Assembly (NCBI GenBank): GCA_963925515.1
Contig: CAWURU010000001.1
Span: 10,246 to 74,245 of the forward strand
DNA: 64,000 nt
Direction: 5' to 3'
Source of the DNA: an uncultured Flavobacteriales bacterium
Lineage (GTDB): Bacteria > Bacteroidota > Bacteroidia > Flavobacteriales > Schleiferiaceae
Positions within the stretch are counted from its first letter, which is position 1; each line of letters opens with the position of its first letter. Below are positions 28,135-38,227 of the stretch, piece after piece. The position numbers and the translations under genes are program-made. The notes under the pieces were generated by a model. That model was not told where the DNA came from, made no database searches, and was given only the letters and a program-made list of their open reading frames with translations.

Positions 28135-28406
28135 CAATCGATGTTTTTTTCTTTTAATTCTTTCTCTAACTCACTTCCCGGCACTGGATCCCAACCATTT
28201 CTTCCCCATGGATGACAACTAGAAATTCTCTTTACTGCCAGAACAAACCCTAAGAATGGTCCATGGATTTTAACAGCTTCAGCAGCATAAGCACTACATG
28301 TGGGTTGATAACGACACGCAGGTCCAAGCATAGGTGAAACTAGTGTTCTGTAGACCCAAATCAGCAATAACAACGGTGATCCCAAGAAGAGAGATAGTAG
28401 TTTCAA
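28134..28406 (-). CDS. yidD: Membrane protein insertion efficiency factor YidD
   Basis: 90 aa. YRTLVSPMLGPACRYQPTCSAYAAEAVKIHG. TTG start. Confidence 0.88.
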   Translation of the reverse strand: MKLLSLFLGSPLLLLIWVYRTLVSPMLGPACRYQPTCSAYAAEAVKIHGPFLGFVLAVKRISSCHPWGRNGWDPVPGSELEKELKEKNID

Positions 28407-28419
28407 ACTCGGTTTTTAT

Positions 28420-29904
28420 TTATAAAGTATAGCTTGTGCCTTCTGCACCGTCTTTGAGCTGAATGCCCGCGTCGGTTAATTGTTTTCTAATGATGTCCGC
28501 AGTGTCCCAGTCTTTATTATCTCTTGCTTTAGCTCTTAATTCAATGACCAAGTCCATGGCCTTGTTAAGTGCCTCTTTATGGGCATCTGAAGATTCTTGT
28601 TCACGAAGACCCAACACATCAAATGCGAAGGAATTCATTTTATCCATGAGTAATTGCAAGTCGTCTTTAGTTAATCCTATGGATGAATCCGTACTAGAGT
28701 TAATAAATTTCACCGCTTCGAATAAATGGGATATAAGAATAGGACTATTAAAGTTGTCACTTAACGCAATGTAACAGCGGTCTACCCAGTCATGAATTTG
28801 GAAGGTGCTAGTTTTTGAAGGTTGTAGATTTCTCAAAGTTTCAATAGCACCTAAAAGTTTGTCATGGCCTTTTTCAGCAGCAATCAAAGCGTCATTACTG
28901 AAATCAAGAATACTGCTGTAGTGGGCCTGCATCATGAAGAACCTAACGGTAGAAGGGTTAAACCCCTTTACAAGTAGTGGGTTTTGTCCAGTGAATAATT
29001 CATTTGGCAATATTGTATTTCCTGTACTCTTACTCATTCGCTTACCATTCAGGGTAAGCATATTCGTGTGAAGCCAGTATTGAGCCCCTTTATGTCCTGA
29101 CGATGCTACGTTTTGTGCGATTTCACATTCGTGGTGCGGAAATTTCAAGTCCATCCCACCACCGTGTATATCAAACTGTTCACCTAAATATTTGGTGCTC
29201 ATTGCGGAACATTCAAGATGCCAGCCTGGAAAACCGTCACTCCAAGGTGAGGGCCATCTCATAATGTGTGCTGGTGATGCTTTTTTCCACAGTGCGAAAT
29301 CAGCAGGATTTCTCTTTTCTTCTTGACCATCGAGCACGCGAGTTCCGGCTTGTAGCTCTTCTAACTTACGTCCAGACAGCACTCCGTAATCACCACCTTT
29401 AAGGTTATAATTTTCTACATCAAAATAAACAGATCCATTGCTCTGATAAGCCCACCCTTTCTCAATAATGGTTTTAATCATTTCGATTTGCTCTACAATG
29501 TGTCCTGTTGCAGTGGGTTCAATGGAAGGGGGAAGAGCATTGAGTTTTTCCATGACTTTATGGAAGTCCACAGTATAACGTTGCACTATTTCCATAGGCT
29601 CTAACTGCTCCATCCGGGCCTTTTTAGCAATCTTGTCCTCACCTTCCTCTGCATCATTTTCTAGGTGCCCAGCATCCGTAATGTTGCGGACATAGCGCAC
29701 TTGATATCCAAGATGCCGAAAATAACGGAACATGAGGTCATAAGAAGTAAACGTCCTTGCGTTACCTAGGTGTACATCAGAATAAACAGTAGGTCCACAT
29801 ACGTACATACCCACTCTTCCATCACGTACAGGAATAAAGGCTTCCTTCTTGCCTGTGAGGCTGTTTTCTATTACAATAGGGTATCTACTATACAGTGGTT
29901 CCAT
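28420..29904 (-). CDS. cysS: Cysteinyl-tRNA synthetase
   Basis: 494 aa. HIGH-type HLGNARTF and KMSKS-type RMSKS motifs. Confidence 0.93.
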   Translation of the reverse strand: MEPLYSRYPIVIENSLTGKKEAFIPVRDGRVGMYVCGPTVYSDVHLGNARTFTSYDLMFRYFRHLGYQVRYVRNITDAGHLENDAEEGEDKIAKKARMEQLEPMEIVQRYTVDFHKVMEKLNALPPSIEPTATGHIVEQIEMIKTIIEKGWAYQSNGSVYFDVENYNLKGGDYGVLSGRKLEELQAGTRVLDGQEEKRNPADFALWKKASPAHIMRWPSPWSDGFPGWHLECSAMSTKYLGEQFDIHGGGMDLKFPHHECEIAQNVASSGHKGAQYWLHTNMLTLNGKRMSKSTGNTILPNELFTGQNPLLVKGFNPSTVRFFMMQAHYSSILDFSNDALIAAEKGHDKLLGAIETLRNLQPSKTSTFQIHDWVDRCYIALSDNFNSPILISHLFEAVKFINSSTDSSIGLTKDDLQLLMDKMNSFAFDVLGLREQESSDAHKEALNKAMDLVIELRAKARDNKDWDTADIIRKQLTDAGIQLKDGAEGTSYTL

Positions 29905-30588
29905 TTAAGCTCCGAAATCGGTCTTTAGATTGATATAGTCTAAGAACTCCGCTTTTTTATCCTCTTGTTGAAAGACTCCTCCGAACTCGGCAGTTACCGT
30001 GGAACTGTCAATATCACGAATACCTCGAGAGTTAACACAAAGGTGCTTAGCGTCAATAACACACGCAACGTTATCTGTTTCAAGTACTTCTTGAAGTGCT
30101 TGTACAACTTGACGTGTCAACCTTTCTTGTACCTGAGGACGCTTAGCGTAATAATCAACAATACGATTCATTTTACTCAAGCCAACTACCTTACCATTGG
30201 AGATGTAAGCCACATGAGCTCTTCCTATAATGGGAAGTAGATGATGCTCACAAGTTGAATAAAGAACAATATTTTTTTCCACCAACATTTCGTTGTAACG
30301 ATAGGTGTTGTTGAACGTGCTCATTCCAGGTTTTCTATCCGGGTGTAGTCCAGCAAAGGCCTCGGTAACATACATTTTAGCTACGCGGAGTGGTGTGCCC
30401 TTTAAACTGTCGTCGTCTAAGTCCATTCCTAGTGTTTCAAGAATGCCTTTGACATGCTTAGAAATGATGTCTATTTTCTCGCTATCATTTTTCGCAAATG
30501 CGTCATCTTTTAAAGGTGTTTCAGCTTTAAAGCTTTCGTGAGCATCACCGATTTCTTCGGCTAGTGTTGGGTCAATATGATTTGACAT
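29905..30588 (-). CDS. folE: GTP cyclohydrolase I
   Basis: 227 aa. [12 protein letters not shown] motif. Its stop directly abuts the cysS start. Confidence 0.92.
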   Translation of the reverse strand: MSNHIDPTLAEEIGDAHESFKAETPLKDDAFAKNDSEKIDIISKHVKGILETLGMDLDDDSLKGTPLRVAKMYVTEAFAGLHPDRKPGMSTFNNTYRYNEMLVEKNIVLYSTCEHHLLPIIGRAHVAYISNGKVVGLSKMNRIVDYYAKRPQVQERLTRQVVQALQEVLETDNVACVIDAKHLCVNSRGIRDIDSSTVTAEFGGVFQQEDKKAEFLDYINLKTDFGA

Positions 30589-30614
30589 GGGTTTTGTTCT
30601 CTTAAAAGGGGTGG

Positions 30615-30622
30615 CAAAGGTA
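30615..30622 (-). promoter_or_regulatory. Candidate -7 box (TACCTTTG) for the folE-cysS-yidD... string
   Basis: Exact TAnnTTTG on the minus strand, 27 nt upstream of the folE ATG. Confidence 0.4.
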
Positions 30623-30628
30623 AATCAA

Positions 30629-33600
30629 TTAGTCCCAATAAGGAACTCCTTGGGCTTTCGCTTTTTCTTTCAATGCATCAACGGATTCGATAATTTCATC
30701 AAGCTGTGTCTGCGCATCGGAAATCATCATTCTAGCATCTTCTAGTAGATTTTTCATTGTACCGGTCGGCGCACCTCTATGGTTCCATGCTCCCCAAGTC
30801 AATAATCCAATAACATCACCTAACGAAGGAGCGCTCTCAACTTCTCGTTTTGTGAGGCTCGGGTTTCCATTAAGAAGCAGCCCGAGCTGTTTTAAGGTTA
30901 CTTCGATAGCTCTAGCTGAAGTTAAATCTTCCATGGAAGTACCTGGAGTATTTCTTAGACCAGCGCGTATTTCTGTTAATTCATCACCAAGTTTATTAAA
31001 CCTTGACATTACCGCGTTTGATGTAGCGTAAGCTTGGTCTACTTCAAGGTTGAATTCCATGTCAATACCTTCATAATCATATAGGTGATTCACCTCGAAT
31101 GAGTGCCCTTTAATTAGCTCAGTAAGTAAACCGTTTGTAGATCTATACACGCTAATTACATAGGTTCCAGGAAGCACAAAAGTAGTTGTTGATGGATTGG
31201 TTTCAGGCTCGGCACTGGATGAGATTTCGGCTGTGCTGCTGTACTTTCCATTCCATGTAAAACGTTCGATTCCGCTCATATCCTTCCTAGTAAATCGCGC
31301 AACTTTGTCGCCTTCTGCGGTGGATATTTCAAATAACAGATAGCCACTTTCTTCCCAATCCTCTGCTTGAAGCTGTTCCGTATTAGGGTAGTGGGGCAGT
31401 TCATTACTTGCCTCTGGTCGTTTGTCTTTGACTTTGCTGCCTTCATCTTTGATGAAGAGTTCAAAAGTCACTCCTAGAGGTGGGTTTTTTGATCTGTAAT
31501 GCTGGCCTCCCTTGTAGTCTATTCCTCCAACATTAGCCCTGTTAAAAAGCATGCCCGGTTTTGTTGTGAAAAAGGCAGCATCTTGTTCTAGGATATAGTT
31601 CATTTCACGTAACGGAGAGTAGTTGTCAAGAACATAGAATCCACGACCAAAAGTAGCTAGTACTAAGTCGTTTTCACGCTCTTGAATGGCAATGTCACGA
31701 ATTGCTATTGTTGGTAGCCCTGTATTTAGCTCAGCCCATGTGTTTCCTCCGTCTAGGGTGTACCAAAGTCCAAATTCTGTTCCTGCAAAAAGAAGGTTAG
31801 AATTGATATGATCCTCAGCTATAGTATAGACACTACCTTTCTCAGGAAGGTTGCTAACAATGCTGATCCAATTCCTACCTTCGTCAGTACTTTTGAAAAT
31901 GTAGGGCTTAAAATCACCGTTCTTGTGATTATTGAATACCGTGTATATGGTTTTTGTATCATGCTTAGAAAGAAGAATATCCTGCACATAAACTAACGGT
32001 AGAGTTAAGGAACCGACCTGTGTTTTGGGCAGTGCATTAAAGTTTTTTAAAGAGGACCAATTTTGACCATCGTCTTTGGTTTTCCAAACCAGTCCATCAT
32101 CTGTCCCAGCCCATAGTTCGCCAGGGTTAGTAGGATGTTCTTTCAATGTTACTATGTTGCCGTAAATAGAAGTGCTCTGGTGAAGTGCGATTGCTTCTGG
32201 TCCCCAGTAACGGTCCATTATTGGTAGCCTATTCCGATCTAGCTGGCGAGATAAATCGTTCGAGATAACTTCCCAACTTCCACCGCGGTCGGTACTTTTA
32301 AATACTTTGTTCGCAGCGAAATACAATGTCTTTTTCTGATGCTTACTCGCGACAAGTGGGGCATCCCAATTCCAGCGATAAGGAGAGTCCTTGTACCTAG
32401 GCTGTGGCTGAATTGGTGTCTTTTCTCCTGTTTCTTTATTGAATCTAACGAGCCATCCATATTGGGCTTGAGCATAAACTGTATTAGGGTCATCAGGATC
32501 GGTTGCGCTTTCAAAACCATCACCTCCGTTAGTAACAAACCAATCATCATTCGTAATACCTCTACTGTTGATCGTTTGAGATGGTCCACCTAAAGAGTTA
32601 TTGTCTTGGGTTCCGCCGTATACATTGTAAAATGGCCAATCGTTATCGACTGCCACGCGATAGAATTGTATCGTAGGTAGATTTGCTCGCCAATTCCAAC
32701 TCTTCATCTCATCCCATGTCTCATATAAACCGCCGTCTGTACCAATAATCATATGCGATGTATTGCTCGGGTCAATCCACAAGCAATGGTTGTCTACATG
32801 TTTAAATTTCTTAGGTATGTGGTTAAAGCTTTTTCCGCCGTCTCGACTAATATGAGCGTAGGTGTCCATACTATAGAGCGTGTTGACATCTTCAGGATGA
32901 GCTACTAATTCAACATAATAATTACCGCTAGTTTCATGAGAACTACGTTTTGACCAGCTTTCACCGCGATCCGAAGATCTGTAAAGACCATGTCCTTCTA
33001 TGGTTGCATAGAGTACATCTGGATTCGCAGGACTGATGTCCATACCAATCCGACCAATATCTCCAGTAGGAAGTCCACCTTTTAAGACGGTCCAATTCGC
33101 TCCAGCATCTGTGCTCTTATAGATGGCACTCTCTGGGCCACCGCTTAAATAAGTAAAGACGTGTCTTCTGCGCTGATGAGCTGTAGCATATAAAATGGAC
33201 GGATCTCTAGGGTCCATGTGGATTTCATTAAAGCCGGTATGCTCACTAACGTCATAAATTTTAGACCAATTCACTCCGCCATCCATGGTTTCATAAAGAC
33301 CTCTATCACCTGACGAGCTCCAAAGTGGACCATAGGCAGCTACGTATACATGGTTAGAATTTGTAGGGTCCACAGTGATCATACCTATGTGTTCGCTAGA
33401 AACTAACCCTGTATTGGTCCATGTCTTCCCAGCATCTCGACTGACATAGACACCATCTCCGTAGGCAACGGAACGTTGGTTGTTGTTCTCTCCTGAACCG
33501 ACCCAAATAATATTATTGTTAGAAGGGTCCATAGTGACACACCCCGTGCTGTAAGAACCCTCATTATCAAAAACAGGCTCCCATGTGGTACCATTGTTAC

Positions 33601-33853
33601 TAGTTTTCCAAACACCGCTTGAGGCAAGTGCAATGTACATCTCCGCTGTATTGTCTGGATTAACAGCGATATCAGCAATGCGACCTGAGGTTGTAGCAGG
33701 TCCCAAGCCTCTGAAAGTAAAAGCACTGATGCTTTGCTCTGCCCATTTAGGACTATCGTCCTTTGATTTTTTCTGTGCCTGAATATTTGTGAAGGCAAGA
33801 AAAAAGGCTAAAAACCAAGTTAATTTAGATGATGTAAAAGAGAATCGATTCAT
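30629..33853 (-). CDS. Secreted VPS10/sortilin-like BNR (Asp-box) repeat protein with long C-terminal extension
   Basis: 1074 aa from ATG at 33853, with signal peptide MNRFSFTSSKLTWFLAFFLAFTNIQAQ. Nine S/T-x-D-x-G-x-x-W/F Asp-boxes, e.g. SRDAGKTWTN, STDAGANWTV, STDRGGSWEV, TLDGGNTWAE. Confidence 0.75.
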   Translation of the reverse strand: MNRFSFTSSKLTWFLAFFLAFTNIQAQKKSKDDSPKWAEQSISAFTFRGLGPATTSGRIADIAVNPDNTAEMYIALASSGVWKTSNNGTTWEPVFDNEGSYSTGCVTMDPSNNNIIWVGSGENNNQRSVAYGDGVYVSRDAGKTWTNTGLVSSEHIGMITVDPTNSNHVYVAAYGPLWSSSGDRGLYETMDGGVNWSKIYDVSEHTGFNEIHMDPRDPSILYATAHQRRRHVFTYLSGGPESAIYKSTDAGANWTVLKGGLPTGDIGRIGMDISPANPDVLYATIEGHGLYRSSDRGESWSKRSSHETSGNYYVELVAHPEDVNTLYSMDTYAHISRDGGKSFNHIPKKFKHVDNHCLWIDPSNTSHMIIGTDGGLYETWDEMKSWNWRANLPTIQFYRVAVDNDWPFYNVYGGTQDNNSLGGPSQTINSRGITNDDWFVTNGGDGFESATDPDDPNTVYAQAQYGWLVRFNKETGEKTPIQPQPRYKDSPYRWNWDAPLVASKHQKKTLYFAANKVFKSTDRGGSWEVISNDLSRQLDRNRLPIMDRYWGPEAIALHQSTSIYGNIVTLKEHPTNPGELWAGTDDGLVWKTKDDGQNWSSLKNFNALPKTQVGSLTLPLVYVQDILLSKHDTKTIYTVFNNHKNGDFKPYIFKSTDEGRNWISIVSNLPEKGSVYTIAEDHINSNLLFAGTEFGLWYTLDGGNTWAELNTGLPTIAIRDIAIQERENDLVLATFGRGFYVLDNYSPLREMNYILEQDAAFFTTKPGMLFNRANVGGIDYKGGQHYRSKNPPLGVTFELFIKDEGSKVKDKRPEASNELPHYPNTEQLQAEDWEESGYLLFEISTAEGDKVARFTRKDMSGIERFTWNGKYSSTAEISSSAEPETNPSTTTFVLPGTYVISVYRSTNGLLTELIKGHSFEVNHLYDYEGIDMEFNLEVDQAYATSNAVMSRFNKLGDELTEIRAGLRNTPGTSMEDLTSARAIEVTLKQLGLLLNGNPSLTKREVESAPSLGDVIGLLTWGAWNHRGAPTGTMKNLLEDARMMISDAQTQLDEIIESVDALKEKAKAQGVPYWD

Positions 33854-33938
33854 AGTAGGGCAAACCTTTGAGTTCAATGAAATAAACGCATTCAATGCGA
33901 CTTAGTTTGCAAATTACACCAAATGTGCCAAAAGACCT

Positions 33939-35342
33939 CTAGAATTTCCAAACAGCGCCCATAGAAATGAACGATAAGGTATTTTGAAACTCTATGGGAT
34001 TGGTGTAATCAGAACTAAATGTGTAGTATTGTTTCTGCTGCTGTACAGCACTCCAGGCAAGATGCAGAGTAAGTTCTTCCGAGCGAATACTAGCACCTAG
34101 ACTGGCTCTTCTCATACGATTCTCGTTGTCTCGATAGGAGGGGCTATATCCAATCCCGCCTCGCAAAGTGACGCTACGTATTCTAAATTCCCCACCAGCT
34201 GCCATAACATGCTGCATTGATAGTAAAGAGTCTATAACCGGGTTAAGGTAATTCTCGTCATTATCGTTACCAATAGATTGGCTCCAGCTGTGAGGAATAG
34301 CTGTATGACTTATGCTAATCAGGCCCGTTCTTCCCAGAATAAAAGTTGCTCCGTTTCTAAGCTTAGGTGCGGTAATCATGGACCACTGGTATTCCGTTCC
34401 ATAGCCTTCAGCATCAATAGCGACTGCCGCAACAGATGGTCTAACACTTGATATGGTGACCTCCCAGTCTTGACTAAAGCCATAAATATGTGGCAGTTCT
34501 ACGGCTGAAGCAATCCGCAGAAATTGATATGGTCGGTACAAAAAACCAGCATTAGCAGTAATGCCGACACCACTGTTATTCCACAAGTCTTCCACGTTGA
34601 GGTTTGTTAAGTCATTGGTGCTGTTAAAGGTTTCTTTATGTTGAACTTCTACCTTTTCAAAAGAGTGAACGATACTCACAGAGGCGCCATAGTAAAAGGT
34701 TGAATTCACTTGATTTGCGCCGCCGAGAGTCCATCGATTGCGCATGCCCTTTCTAAAGAAGAGGTGTTCTGTAGAAACATTACTTAGTGCGGCAGAACTA
34801 AAATATGATCTGTTGTCCGAGTCCCAGTCAGTTGCATAGCTTTGATACAGTAAATCCTCATAAACCCCAACTGAATTCAGGTATTCTGGAGGAGTCCCAT
34901 CGGAATTATTAATCCATTGCTGCATGATACTTCCGGCCTCAGAGGAATTTGCTCTAAGACGTTCTCTATAAATTTGATCTGAATTATAGGTAAAGAAAAG
35001 AGTAGCTCCATTTGAAGGGTTCTTAACTAAAAAACCAAAATTACCGACATTTAAGCTGGTGGTATTTCCACGAATATTACCGGAGTTAACGTCTGTATTC
35101 TTAGAATTGAACAATCCCATGTCAAATCCAAAAGCGTCTTGACGATATAGTGCAGCACCTGCGGGGTTGAGTGCTAATGCACTAAAAGAACCGCTCATGG
35201 CCACCATCGCACCGGATAACCCGTTGTACCTGGCGTCCCCAAAAGTCATCGGTTGGTTGAGTTGAGCAAAATAATCTAAGTCCTGACCCTTGATAGAAAA
35301 GCAAGAGAGGAAAATCGCACTAAATAGCGTTAATTTATTCAT
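33939..35342 (-). CDS. Outer-membrane beta-barrel protein, FadL/PorV-like (family tentative)
   Basis: 467 aa from ATG at 35342. Signal peptide MNKLTLFSAIFLSCFSIKGQ. N-terminal GDARYNGLSGAMVAMSGSFSALALNPAG motif. C-terminal aromatic GAVWKF. Confidence 0.6.
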   Translation of the reverse strand: MNKLTLFSAIFLSCFSIKGQDLDYFAQLNQPMTFGDARYNGLSGAMVAMSGSFSALALNPAGAALYRQDAFGFDMGLFNSKNTDVNSGNIRGNTTSLNVGNFGFLVKNPSNGATLFFTYNSDQIYRERLRANSSEAGSIMQQWINNSDGTPPEYLNSVGVYEDLLYQSYATDWDSDNRSYFSSAALSNVSTEHLFFRKGMRNRWTLGGANQVNSTFYYGASVSIVHSFEKVEVQHKETFNSTNDLTNLNVEDLWNNSGVGITANAGFLYRPYQFLRIASAVELPHIYGFSQDWEVTISSVRPSVAAVAIDAEGYGTEYQWSMITAPKLRNGATFILGRTGLISISHTAIPHSWSQSIGNDNDENYLNPVIDSLLSMQHVMAAGGEFRIRSVTLRGGIGYSPSYRDNENRMRRASLGASIRSEELTLHLAWSAVQQQKQYYTFSSDYTNPIEFQNTLSFISMGAVWKF

Positions 35343-35346
35343 CGAC

Positions 35347-36483
35347 TTATCGCCTTCTGCTGCCACTACTTTGAACATTAGATCTCGAGGAACTTGAGCT
35401 GCGAGAAGGTGCTGCTGACTGAGTACTCGTATTTGTTACGTGACTAGGTTTACTTTCAGTACGTCTAGTTTCCGTAGAACCTGCTCTGGAATTCCCTGAC
35501 CATTCTTGAGCAGCATTTGGTCTTGTCTGAGGATCTCCTGTCCAATTACTTCTGGGCCTTGTTGATACCGAACGACCTGTTGAGGACTCTATAGTAGGAG
35601 TGTTTGCCGCAGGTCTTACTTCAGATTCCACTGACCAGTTGCTTGTTTCCCTTGTTATTGCAGACGAAACAGGGGTATATTCGATAATAGCCCTTCCAGT
35701 GGTTGCGTTTTTCGATTCTTCTAAATTTTGTCGAATTGGGGTTAAGATGCCGGTCCATCCAGTTGATTTTCCACCATTACTTGTTTTACCGTTGCTTGAT
35801 GAATTACCGCGAGAGGAACTGTATTTAGAAGGGCGTCTTCCACCATAATTGGTGCCGGATCTAGGTGTGTTATTCGAATTCCAGGTGGAAGAACTGTTAC
35901 CCCAACTATTACCATTGTTATATCCATAGCCACTGTTATATCCATAGCCGTTGTTGTATCCATAACCATTGTTGAATCCATAGCCATTGTTATATCCAAA
36001 GCCGTTGTTGAATCCGTAGCCATTATTCGAAAACCCATAAGGATAAGGGTTCAACGAGTTGTGCCCATATCCTCCGAACATAAATTCGTTCCAATAATTT
36101 GACGGCCCTAGTTGCCATGGGTTATACCATGTACTCCCGAACATATGCGGTATTCCATATCCTAGTCCTTGACCCCATCCAAAACTGTTGGTTTGAAAAA
36201 CCGTAGAGTTAGATGACAGTCCGTAGCCTCCCCAGTTCGATCTTCCTATATTCACAGCTGTTTCAGATGTCACTGCTTGGGCGGTGGTATCCCAAAATTG
36301 ATCATAATCTAATTCGGAATAGATATCGGTTGATTTCAAGGACTCTAGGGCAAATTGTGGAGAAGGAAGAGTTGGGTTGTAGAAGTTTTCATCCTCGAAA
36401 TAGTTCTCAGTTAAGCTCACATTAGTTCCACATGCCGTAAGCAGTGCATAACTAATACCCAATAATAATACGCCCTTCTTCAT
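35347..36483 (-). CDS. Lipoprotein with Asn/Gly/Tyr-rich hexapeptide repeats and a Ser/Thr/Arg-rich basic tail
   Basis: 378 aa. Lipobox LLTAC. Residues 84-215 are almost exclusively G/N/Y/F/S/W. The tail ends SSGSRRR. No family recognised. Confidence 0.65.
   Translation of the reverse strand: MKKGVLLLGISYALLTACGTNVSLTENYFEDENFYNPTLPSPQFALESLKSTDIYSELDYDQFWDTTAQAVTSETAVNIGRSNWGGYGLSSNSTVFQTNSFGWGQGLGYGIPHMFGSTWYNPWQLGPSNYWNEFMFGGYGHNSLNPYPYGFSNNGYGFNNGFGYNNGYGFNNGYGYNNGYGYNSGYGYNNGNSWGNSSSTWNSNNTPRSGTNYGGRRPSKYSSSRGNSSSNGKTSNGGKSTGWTGILTPIRQNLEESKNATTGRAIIEYTPVSSAITRETSNWSVESEVRPAANTPTIESSTGRSVSTRPRSNWTGDPQTRPNAAQEWSGNSRAGSTETRRTESKPSHVTNTSTQSAAPSRSSSSSRSNVQSSGSRRR
35914..36039 (-). repeat. 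Seven imperfect 18-bp in-frame tandem repeats encoding G-[YF]-G-[YF]-N-[NS]
   Basis: Plus-strand units: attgttatatccatagcc / actgttatatccatagcc / gttgttgtatccataacc / attgttgaatccatagcc / attgttatatccaaagcc / gttgttgaatccgtagcc / attattcgaaaacccata. Confidence 0.9.
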
Positions 36484-36491
36484 AATCTCTG

Positions 36492-36499
36492 TAAGTTTG
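36492..36499 (+). promoter_or_regulatory. Candidate -7 box (TAAGTTTG) for proS
   Basis: Exact TAnnTTTG, 48 nt upstream of the proS ATG. Confidence 0.4.
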
Positions 36500-36546
36500 C
36501 GATTCTATTAAAAACAAGGTACAAAAGTTATACCAAGACACTCATT

Positions 36547-38022
36547 ATGGGAAAGCATCTAACTTCAAGAGAACAAGATTACTCAAAATGGTACAACGAA
36601 CTGGTCGTTAAAGCTGATCTAGCTCAAACATCAGCGGTGCGCGGAGCGATGGTAATAAAGCCTTACGGTTTTGCTATTTGGGAGCGCATTCAGGCAGATT
36701 TAGACAAGCGGTTTAAGGAAACAGGACACATGAATGCCTATTTCCCACTCTTCATACCTAAGTCATATTTCTCTAAGGAAGCGTCTCATGTGGAAGGTTT
36801 TGCGAAAGAATGTGCTGTAGTTACTCATTATCGCCTCATGGATGATCCTAATGGCAGTGGAGTTATAGTAGACCCTAGTGCAAAGCTTGAAGAAGAATTG
36901 ATCGTCAGACCAACTTCTGAAACGATTATATGGAATACGTATAAGGACTGGATTCAAAGTTACCGCGATCTGCCTATTCTGGTCAATCAGTGGGCTAATG
37001 TGGTGCGCTGGGAAATGAGAACCCGTTTGTTTTTAAGAACCTCTGAGTTTTTATGGCAAGAGGGGCATACGGCTCATGCTACCAAGCAAGAGGCTATAGC
37101 AGAAGCTGAAACCATGCTGGATGTGTATTCAACCTTCGTAGAGGAGGTCATGGCAATACCTGTTCTACGAGGTGTGAAGACGGATGGTGAGCGTTTTGCT
37201 GGTGCTTTAGAGACCTATTGTATAGAAGCTATGATGCAGGATGGAAAGGCACTTCAAGCAGGTACGTCGCACTTCCTAGGTCAAAATTTCGCAAAAGCGT
37301 TTGACGTGAAATTTCAAACGAAGGAAGGAACACAAGAATACGTATGGGCCACTTCATGGGGTGTCAGCACGAGATTAATGGGTGCATTGATCATGACACA
37401 TAGCGATGATAATGGGCTGATATTGCCTCCTAAGCTAGCACCTTATCAAGTGGTTATTGTCCCTATATACAAAGGGCAAGAGCAGTTGGATGAAATTTCA
37501 GTGGTTGCGGAAAAATTGATGCAAGAACTTCGTGATAATGGTGTGACTGTTAAGTATGATAATAGAGATACCCACAAGCCAGGTTGGAAATTTAACCAGT
37601 ATGAGCTTCAAGGTGTTCCTGTTAGAATAGCTATTGGGCCTAAAGATTTAGAGAAGGGAACTGTAGAAGTCGCTCGTCGGGACACATTAACTAAATCATT
37701 TATGGACCAGTCGGAAGTATCAACCGCAATTCCAGTTATACTGGATGAGATTCAGGTCGAATTATTTGAAAAAGCACTGAAATTTAGAGATGATCATTCT
37801 CAAACGGTAGATACTTGGGAAGAATTCGAGGTTTTGATGAAAAATAATCCTGGATTTGTTTATGCCCACTGGGACGGAACGAAGGAGACAGAGGATAAGA
37901 TTAAAGAGCTGACTAAGGCAACTATTAGATGTATTCCTTTGAATAACAAGCTTGAAGAGGGTAAATGTATCTTGACTGGCCAGCCAAGTACACAGAGAGT
38001 GGTCTTTGCTAAGGCCTATTAA
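36547..38022 (+). CDS. proS: Prolyl-tRNA synthetase (archaeal/eukaryote-like type without editing insertion)
   Basis: 491 aa. Class II motif-2 region [17 protein letters not shown]-terminal ...VVFAKAY ending in Tyr. Confidence 0.92.
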   Translation: MGKHLTSREQDYSKWYNELVVKADLAQTSAVRGAMVIKPYGFAIWERIQADLDKRFKETGHMNAYFPLFIPKSYFSKEASHVEGFAKECAVVTHYRLMDDPNGSGVIVDPSAKLEEELIVRPTSETIIWNTYKDWIQSYRDLPILVNQWANVVRWEMRTRLFLRTSEFLWQEGHTAHATKQEAIAEAETMLDVYSTFVEEVMAIPVLRGVKTDGERFAGALETYCIEAMMQDGKALQAGTSHFLGQNFAKAFDVKFQTKEGTQEYVWATSWGVSTRLMGALIMTHSDDNGLILPPKLAPYQVVIVPIYKGQEQLDEISVVAEKLMQELRDNGVTVKYDNRDTHKPGWKFNQYELQGVPVRIAIGPKDLEKGTVEVARRDTLTKSFMDQSEVSTAIPVILDEIQVELFEKALKFRDDHSQTVDTWEEFEVLMKNNPGFVYAHWDGTKETEDKIKELTKATIRCIPLNNKLEEGKCILTGQPSTQRVVFAKAY

Positions 38023-38088
38023 AGAGGGAATAAATAGAAAAAATTGATTTTTTTTCGTCGAATGCATTGCAGAATTAAAATTGCTCGT

Positions 38089-38096
38089 TACATTTG
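38089..38096 (+). promoter_or_regulatory. Candidate -7 box (TACATTTG) for tRNA-Glu / rpsT
   Basis: Exact TAnnTTTG, 39 nt upstream of the tRNA 5' end. ATTG lies 19 nt further upstream as a possible -33 element. Confidence 0.45.
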
Positions 38097-38134
38097 CACT
38101 CCTCAAACAAAGAGGTAAAGTTCTGGAATTTTAA

Positions 38135-38207
38135 GGCCCCATCGTCTAGCGGTCCAGGACGCTGCCCTTTCACGGCAGAAACACGGGTTCGATTCCCGTT
38201 GGGGTCA
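38135..38207 (+). tRNA. tRNA-Glu (anticodon UUC)
   Basis: The 73 nt fold by hand into a cloverleaf. Acceptor GGCCCCA/TGGGGTC (one G-U). D stem GTCT/GGAC. Anticodon stem CTGCC/GGCAG with loop CTTTCAC. T arm ACGGG-TTCGATT-CCCGT. Discriminator A. CCA is not encoded. Confidence 0.93.
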
Positions 38208-38227
38208 CAATAATTAATAATAAAGAC

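Noticed and set aside
33887-33899. 13-bp perfect palindrome CGCATTCAATGCG upstream of the VPS10-like gene, as a possible operator.
   Set aside because: It occurs only once in the window. The 1-nt centre rules out an RNA hairpin. No regulator gene is adjacent. There is too little evidence to call a binding site.
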